Source: a virus (taxonomy: Duplodnaviria > Heunggongvirae > Uroviricota > Caudoviricetes). Taken from it: a stretch of DNA of 59,084 bases. Location of the stretch: the IMG/VR virus record IMGVR_UViG_2703718809_000006; one strand, given 5' to 3'. Of this stretch, positions 53,876 to 59,084 are shown piece after piece. Made by a program: the position numbers and the translations under genes. A model generated the notes under the pieces. The model had not been told where the DNA came from. It saw only the letters and a program-made list of their open reading frames with translations, and ran no database searches. Position 1 is the stretch's first letter; every line of letters starts with the position of its first letter.

Positions 53876-55791
53876 GCCGCTACCCCCGCTTTCTGGATTG
53901 CTACCAGCAGATCAGCCAGGTGGCGAGCAGCGCCATTAACCAGCTCTTCGTTTTCCTCAAAACGCCCGGCAGCCTGAAGGGCTGCAATCGCTTCCCGGAC
54001 ATTACCCCGGGCGTTACGGATCTCCGCCATGTCAGTGCTTTGCATATCCATCACGTTATTGAGATATTCAATGGCTTTATTAGCCTCTGCATCTGCTTCG
54101 CTAACCGTTTCATCAGGCTGTGCCGGGGCAGGTTCTGGCTGAGTAATCTCACCGACTTCGGCCTGCAATGCATTGATCATGCTCTGCACCATTTTCTCGG
54201 TGCCAGCGCCCCCCGGATACGCAATATTGGGGAAAGTTTTTTGAAACTGAGTTTTCAGCATTACGCGGAACTCGTCTGGTGAGCTGGTGGCCAGCTCCAG
54301 AGCTTTTTGTGCATATTTGCCAAACGGACCATTAGTAAGTGTCTTCGCCAGGAAGTCGAAAGAATCCTCGCGAGGCAATAACTTCAGGTCGTACTCACTC
54401 ATTTGCTGATCAGAAAGCGGGGTATCGTAAGTAGCAATGCCGTAGCGTGCATATTCATAATACGGGTCACCTTCATCAGGGCGCGGCAGAATTGCTTTGT
54501 TACCTTCAGGTATTGCGCCAGGGGCCGCCGGACGCATTTGCAGGGCATATCGATATGCACCTACAGAGACTTCTGGTTCAGGCGAAGAGCTACCGGTATC
54601 CTCCGCTGGTTCAGGTTCGACGTTTTCCGGTTTATGTTCTTCTGGTTGGACCAGGTATTCCGATACATTACCCGCTTTATAGGCTTTAAACAGCTTGCCG
54701 ATCGCATCTGCCATGTCCACACCCTGTATGGATTTAGCCTTGATCATGTACACGCTGCCATCCGAATCGGTTAACTGGATATACCCTTCGCCGTCCTCAA
54801 TGAATTGCTTCATTGATGCACCATTACTGAGCGTCACTTCCCCGTTCATATGCATACGATTTTTGATACTGGCAAGGCGATCCGTCATCGCGCGAGAGTG
54901 TCCACCAGTCATCCCCGCAGGAGCAATGGTATCGCGCCCACCAGTGCGATTGAGCTGATCAATCTCCGTCTGTAAACGCTCATTCTCTTCATAAAGAGAA
55001 TCCGCTTCCGATGCAACAGCGTTAATTTTCTGCTCCAGATCTACCTTCTGCCCTTCTACCGCTGCCACCTGATCCACGAGGTCGCTCATGGCATCCTCTT
55101 TCTGGTCACTGTCAGCCTGTAGTTGGGTTATTTCATCAACAAGGGCTTTTTTCTTCTTCTGCGCACGCTGAAATTTTGCCGAGTTTTTCTCTGCAAGGTT
55201 GGCAAGTTTCATGGTGACCTGCGCCAGCGTCATATCACGTCCACTCATCGGAGCAACGGTGTGAGTAACGTCTTTTTTATTCAGTAAGAACTGGAAAGCA
55301 ACCAGCGTATCGCTATTGGTGATCCGGTTTTCCGCTGTCGGGCTATGAAACAGAATGCTGATAGTCTGACCATCACTGAGCGGAATAATGGCTGGCAGGA
55401 CCGGCAGCCCGTTAACGTTACGTGCCCGGCCAATTTCAGCACCGCCGATCGCGCGCGCGCCGCTCTGGGCCACATCCCCCGTTTTATCACTCCCCGCAGA
55501 GATTCCGGTACCATTCAGCTTCTGGTTCAATGCCCGGACAAATGCCTGCATGGTCCGGTGTAACTGCAAACGAGTAGAACTAATCGCCTCCAGTAAATCC
55601 GTAGCACACCAGTGGATCGGCGTGTCATAGAAGAACGTAGCCTCGATTTCCTCCAGGGTGTTGGATTCCGTCATCAGATAGCGGTCCTCACCGGCCATTA
55701 ATGCGCGATATTCATCATCAGTCACTGGCGGGGGAAGCACGTCAAGCCCAGGCTTGATCGTCACCCCTTTATTGATATTGAACTGTTCCAT
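53872..55791 (-). CDS. darA: DarA antirestriction/head protein
   Basis: 639-aa ORF; shares the 'KNSAKFQ' segment with the upstream Hdf-like ORF; operon position. Confidence 0.6.
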   Translation of the reverse strand: MEQFNINKGVTIKPGLDVLPPPVTDDEYRALMAGEDRYLMTESNTLEEIEATFFYDTPIHWCATDLLEAISSTRLQLHRTMQAFVRALNQKLNGTGISAGSDKTGDVAQSGARAIGGAEIGRARNVNGLPVLPAIIPLSDGQTISILFHSPTAENRITNSDTLVAFQFLLNKKDVTHTVAPMSGRDMTLAQVTMKLANLAEKNSAKFQRAQKKKKALVDEITQLQADSDQKEDAMSDLVDQVAAVEGQKVDLEQKINAVASEADSLYEENERLQTEIDQLNRTGGRDTIAPAGMTGGHSRAMTDRLASIKNRMHMNGEVTLSNGASMKQFIEDGEGYIQLTDSDGSVYMIKAKSIQGVDMADAIGKLFKAYKAGNVSEYLVQPEEHKPENVEPEPAEDTGSSSPEPEVSVGAYRYALQMRPAAPGAIPEGNKAILPRPDEGDPYYEYARYGIATYDTPLSDQQMSEYDLKLLPREDSFDFLAKTLTNGPFGKYAQKALELATSSPDEFRVMLKTQFQKTFPNIAYPGGAGTEKMVQSMINALQAEVGEITQPEPAPAQPDETVSEADAEANKAIEYLNNVMDMQSTDMAEIRNARGNVREAIAALQAAGRFEENEELVNGAARHLADLLVAIQKAGVAA

Positions 55792-55792
55792 G

Positions 55793-56404
55793 TTAATTTC
55801 CTGCTTTCAGTTGCTTAAGACGGCGTTTGAGTTCGCCATTTCGGGCCTTTTCGTTATTGAGTCGGCCTGTCTCCTTATCCAGCTTCGCCCGCAAATCAGT
55901 GATCTGCTGTTGATTGAAAGACACCGAGTTCTGCGCTGATTTATAAGCGGCAACCACCTGAGCATTCCGCTGTTTTGCCTCTTGCAGGCGCTGAAAGTTG
56001 GATTTTACTGCCGGTTTCTTGTCTACCGGATTGGCAACACGTTTCGCTTTGGCGATCAGTGATTTCTGGAATTTTGCGGAGTTTTTGCGGGCCGCTTGCC
56101 CCATGACGGTACCAAGCGTCTTGATATCCGGCGACAGAGCGTTAGGAATAGCTTTTCCATTCAGCCTCACAGACGATATATCGCCAGTATCGTTTACCTG
56201 TATGGCAAGAATTTGTCCGTCGTTAAGAACCAGCTTTGCGGTTTTAACTTTAACGCCATCTTTCGTTGTTGCGCGGTTGCTGGAGTCAACCTCAATTACC
56301 GTAACACCGGTTTTATTGATCGCCGCGATAAGGGATTTCAGCCCCTTTTCATTAACCTGGTCAAAATCGACCGTTGCATACTTATTTTTCGTCATCTGAC
56401 ACAT
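55793..56404 (-). CDS. hdf: Hdf (homolog of a DarA fragment)
   Basis: 203 aa; local similarity to DarA (LNDGQILAIQ / KNSAKFQ blocks). Confidence 0.55.
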   Translation of the reverse strand: MCQMTKNKYATVDFDQVNEKGLKSLIAAINKTGVTVIEVDSSNRATTKDGVKVKTAKLVLNDGQILAIQVNDTGDISSVRLNGKAIPNALSPDIKTLGTVMGQAARKNSAKFQKSLIAKAKRVANPVDKKPAVKSNFQRLQEAKQRNAQVVAAYKSAQNSVSFNQQQITDLRAKLDKETGRLNNEKARNGELKRRLKQLKAGN

Positions 56405-56825
56405 CCTGTGCGAGATTTATTACGTAACTTCTGCGGATTTGCTGAGTAACAGGGAAAATCCGATACAACGGGTTAATGAACGAGTCGCCATGCGTAACCA
56501 TGACGTTGAAATGCCACAGTCGCTCTCCTTTACCCATATATTCAGTGGGTATGTACAACCATTCACTGTTTTCGCCCTGTTCAGCCGACGTCAAACAACG
56601 TTGTTCGCCTTCAATCACTGTCGTCGGCTTCTGAACATCGCGGATCCAATATCTGACCGTTGCGCCGCGCAAAAACGGGAATTTAGACCGGTATTTGAAC
56701 GGCACCCGGATGAAACCCGGTTTAATTTCCACATCACCAAGTTCTAAATGCGTGATGTCCTTGCGTTTTAGCAAATAGCGATCGGCTAAGGCTAACGCAA
56801 GAACGCATACACCCCAGCCAATCAT
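56382..56825 (-). CDS. lydB: LydB-like antiholin
   Basis: 147 aa downstream of the holin-like gene; size and order as in P1. Confidence 0.5.
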   Translation of the reverse strand: MIGWGVCVLALALADRYLLKRKDITHLELGDVEIKPGFIRVPFKYRSKFPFLRGATVRYWIRDVQKPTTVIEGEQRCLTSAEQGENSEWLYIPTEYMGKGERLWHFNVMVTHGDSFINPLYRIFPVTQQIRRSYVINLAQDVSDDEK

Positions 56826-57151
56826 TTCCCGCCTCCCTTTTTCACCAAACTTGTAAGAACATTCAGAATGCTATCGATATTCACTCGTTTCATCCCTGAA
56901 ATCACCTCATGACCGTTATTGCTGGCTATCGTTACCATTAAGTACGTAATTGATAACTCCCAGCCCTCGTGTTGCCCCAATAGGTACGCCACCGCGCCAG
57001 CTGTCACTGCAACAAAGATCTCCGTAACCAATCCCAACAAATTGCCAGACTGGCGACCGTCTCGGACATCCATCAGGAACGTGCCTATCCCACCAATTAC
57101 TGAAAGCAGGAGCGCAATAGCAACTGGAGCTAATTCCTGTGTGTCAAGCAC
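56822..57151 (-). CDS. lydA: LydA-like holin
   Basis: 109 aa with hydrophobic TM segments. Confidence 0.55.
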   Translation of the reverse strand: MLDTQELAPVAIALLLSVIGGIGTFLMDVRDGRQSGNLLGLVTEIFVAVTAGAVAYLLGQHEGWELSITYLMVTIASNNGHEVISGMKRVNIDSILNVLTSLVKKGGGK

Positions 57152-57225
57152 AAGTTCCCTCCTACGTTGTCAGGAGGTAATGGTATGCAAAGTAACTTCT
57201 CAACCGGTTATGTTGCATAAGAGAC

Positions 57226-57489
57226 TTACCTATTCAACCGACTTTTGGAACCTTCAATAATAAGCCTGCTATTGGCGCTGAAAATAAGAACCATGCAGCT
57301 CTGAAGGCTTTCATTCATGTCCTTATATTCCGCGAGATACATGCCAATAAAGCCAGCAAGTACGGCGGAAATACATTCGGCCAGCAATTTCTTGCATGAA
57401 GACTCGTAACGGTTTTCACATAGCCCACTCAAATACGAATACACCCCACCAAGAAGGGATAACATCACGATATGTACATAAAATGTCAT
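57226..57489 (-). CDS. Small membrane protein (holin-like, LydC-like)
   Basis: 87 aa with TM-like segments, upstream of lydA. Confidence 0.4.
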   Translation of the reverse strand: MTFYVHIVMLSLLGGVYSYLSGLCENRYESSCKKLLAECISAVLAGFIGMYLAEYKDMNESLQSCMVLIFSANSRLIIEGSKSRLNR

Positions 57490-57616
57490 TTTTTACCTAT
57501 ACAACAGTAAGTTGAACAACATTTGAGAACGGTATGCACTTTGTGATTTCCACACACACTGGTTTTGTTAATTAAAACCTGTAGCTTGCAATAAATAACG
57601 ATAGTGGGCAGAAAAT

Positions 57617-57793
57617 ATGCTAATAGGCTATGTACGCATATAGACAAATGAACAAAACACAGCTATGCAGTGAAAAGCACTTGAAAGCGCAGGATGTGAG
57701 CTAATTTTTGCGAATAAGGCGAGCAGCAAAAAAGCTGGGCACCCTGGGTTAAAAAAGGTTCTGCGTATGCTTTCCAGAGGTGATACCCTAGTC
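57617..57793 (+). pseudogene. Disrupted 5' fragment of a second serine invertase gene (Pin/Gin/Hin-like)
   Basis: Translates as MLIGYVRI*TNEQNTAMQ*KALESAGCELIF...GDTLV with two in-frame stops, ending at the palindrome CCCTAGTC-tcg-GACTAGGG. Confidence 0.6.
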
Positions 57794-57924
57794 TCGGACT
57801 AGGGACAACATTTCGAGAACAGTTTTCATTAGCGGTCAGCAGGCGCTAGATACATCGAATTGATGTGCCGCGCGATAAATGTACCTATTCTATCAAGATA
57901 AATTACACCGACGCGGCATTAGAA

Positions 57925-58497
57925 TTACAGCTCAGATTGAGTTTGGCGCTTCTCTACAGGATGATAACGATAAATCGTCGATACACCGATATCGTAAATA
58001 ATTGCCAACTGTTTCCTGCTGTAGCCATTTTCGATCAACCTCGCTATTTGCTCATGTTGTTCTTTTGTCAACTTCGGGCGACGTCCGCCAATGCGTCCCT
58101 GTTCGCGTGCAGCTGCCAGTCCGGCCAGTGTTCTCTCAACAATTAATTCACGTTCCATTTCTGCTAAAGCACCCATGACATGAAAAAAGAAACGCCCCAT
58201 GGGTGTTGATGTGTCAATACTGTCTGTCAGACTACGGAAATTAACACCTTTTTCCCGCAACTCCTCTATAAGCGTGATAAGGTGTTTCATACTTCTGCCA
58301 AGCCTATCCAGCTTCCAGACAACCAGCGTATCTCCTTCTGATAACGTTCTGAGCAGCTTTTTCAAGCCTGGTCTGGCTGACTTTGTTCCGCTTATTTTAT
58401 CTTCAAAAATCAGTTCACATCCTGCGCAGTTCAGTGCATTTCTTTGTAAATCTGTGTTTTGGTCATTTGTTGACACACGAATGTAGCCAATTTGCAT
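57925..58497 (-). CDS. cin: Cin DNA invertase (serine recombinase)
   Basis: MQIGYIRVSTNDQNTDLQRNAL...; resolvase catalytic domain plus C-terminal HTH; track ORF has 3 extra N-terminal codons. Confidence 0.85.
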   Translation of the reverse strand: MQIGYIRVSTNDQNTDLQRNALNCAGCELIFEDKISGTKSARPGLKKLLRTLSEGDTLVVWKLDRLGRSMKHLITLIEELREKGVNFRSLTDSIDTSTPMGRFFFHVMGALAEMERELIVERTLAGLAAAREQGRIGGRRPKLTKEQHEQIARLIENGYSRKQLAIIYDIGVSTIYRYHPVEKRQTQSEL

Positions 58498-58552
58498 GAA
58501 AAACAACCTCTTTGTTTAGTTAAAAATACATCGTTGGTATAGGTAGGGATTA

Positions 58553-58575
58553 AGACTAAAACGTTGGTTTGGGGG
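58553..58575. other. cix-like inversion crossover site
   Basis: ...CTAAACGTTGGTTTGGG... resembles the gix/hix/cix core (AAAACC..GGTTT) and lies at the 5' edge of the fibre segment. Confidence 0.5.
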
Positions 58576-59072
58576 AAGGCTCTGCACTGCCTGTTGGTGT
58601 GCCCGTTCCGTGGCCCTCAGCCACACCGCCAACGGGGTGGCTGAAATGTAACGGAGCAGCATTTTCTTCTGAAAAGTACCCAAATCTGGCAAAGGTTTAC
58701 CCAACGTTAAAATTACCTGATTTACGCGGTGAGTTTATCCGTGGTTGGGATGATTCGAGAGGGATTGATACAGGGCGTTCATTGCTAAGTGGTCAGACTG
58801 CAACATTTATTCGTACAGCTTTGCAGGATTATTACGGTTACGATCTGAATACTAATGTCAAAGTAGGTATCGCTTATGCTACTGCTGATTCTGTTATAAC
58901 TGTTGGAAACCCTGCTAATCCTAAAGCAGGAAATAATAGCGATTATGTTCCAGCATCATCAGATAACTCCATAACAGGCACTCAAAGGACGGCAGAGGAT
59001 AATTTTACCGGGGCATGGATATCAATGCGCCCCCGCAACGTTGCTTTTAATTACATTGTAAGGGCCACATAA
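58569..59072 (+). CDS. Tail-fibre variable C-terminal segment (Sv/Sv'-like, tail-collar fibre domain) inside the invertible region
   Basis: 'PWPSATPPTGWLKCNGAAFSSEKYPNLAKVYP...LPDLRGEFIRGWDD' is the conserved tail-fibre C-terminal module; no canonical start (promoterless segment). Confidence 0.6.
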   Translation: MGEGSALPVGVPVPWPSATPPTGWLKCNGAAFSSEKYPNLAKVYPTLKLPDLRGEFIRGWDDSRGIDTGRSLLSGQTATFIRTALQDYYGYDLNTNVKVGIAYATADSVITVGNPANPKAGNNSDYVPASSDNSITGTQRTAEDNFTGAWISMRPRNVAFNYIVRAT

Positions 59073-59084
59073 AAACGTTGGTTT
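59066..59084. other. Second cix-like site immediately after the fibre segment stop
   Basis: ACATAAAAACGTTGGTTT shares the 12-bp AAACGTTGGTTT core with the site at about 58558; truncated by the window edge. Confidence 0.45.

Overview
This window reads as a phage P1-like plasmid-prophage (Punavirus-type) backbone; all gene-name assignments rest on motifs and recalled P1 gene order, since no database search could be run. In order: 5'-truncated DnaB-like helicase (ban), a leftward baseplate/tail operon, a long rightward operon of small genes (ppp phosphatase, glycosyltransferase-like genes, many unknowns), a LexA-box-controlled humD, phd-doc toxin-antitoxin, lpa, pacA (with an internal pac site) and pacB, c1 and coi, loxP and cre, c8, ref, mat, lxc, ulx, darB (2255 aa), portal and protease, SAR endolysin lyz, ssb, a hdf/darA/lydA/lydB block, cin invertase and the start of the invertible tail-fibre segment. 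C1-operator-like 17-mers (ATTGCTCTAATAAATTT family) are scattered through it. Three regions depart from the P1 layout as I recall it. (1) Between mat and lxc, where P1 carries the EcoP1I res-mod genes, there is an AT-rich, translationally coupled two-gene cassette: an unknown 346-aa protein plus a DNPH1/nucleoside-2-deoxyribosyltransferase-like protein. This is my best candidate for an undescribed defence or abortive-infection module. (2) Between ssb and the darA-operon genes there is an AT-rich island with a Dgt-family dGTPase-like gene and a convergent unknown gene. (3) An IS200/IS605-family tnpB-only element sits inside the darA operon. Also notable: a disrupted second invertase gene fragment next to cin, cix-like sites flanking a single 167-codon fibre segment, repeated 5'-leader and gene-junction modules, and an ORF-poor 1-kb region with a small hydrophobic peptide and hairpins. 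Motif coordinates may be off by 1-2 nt.
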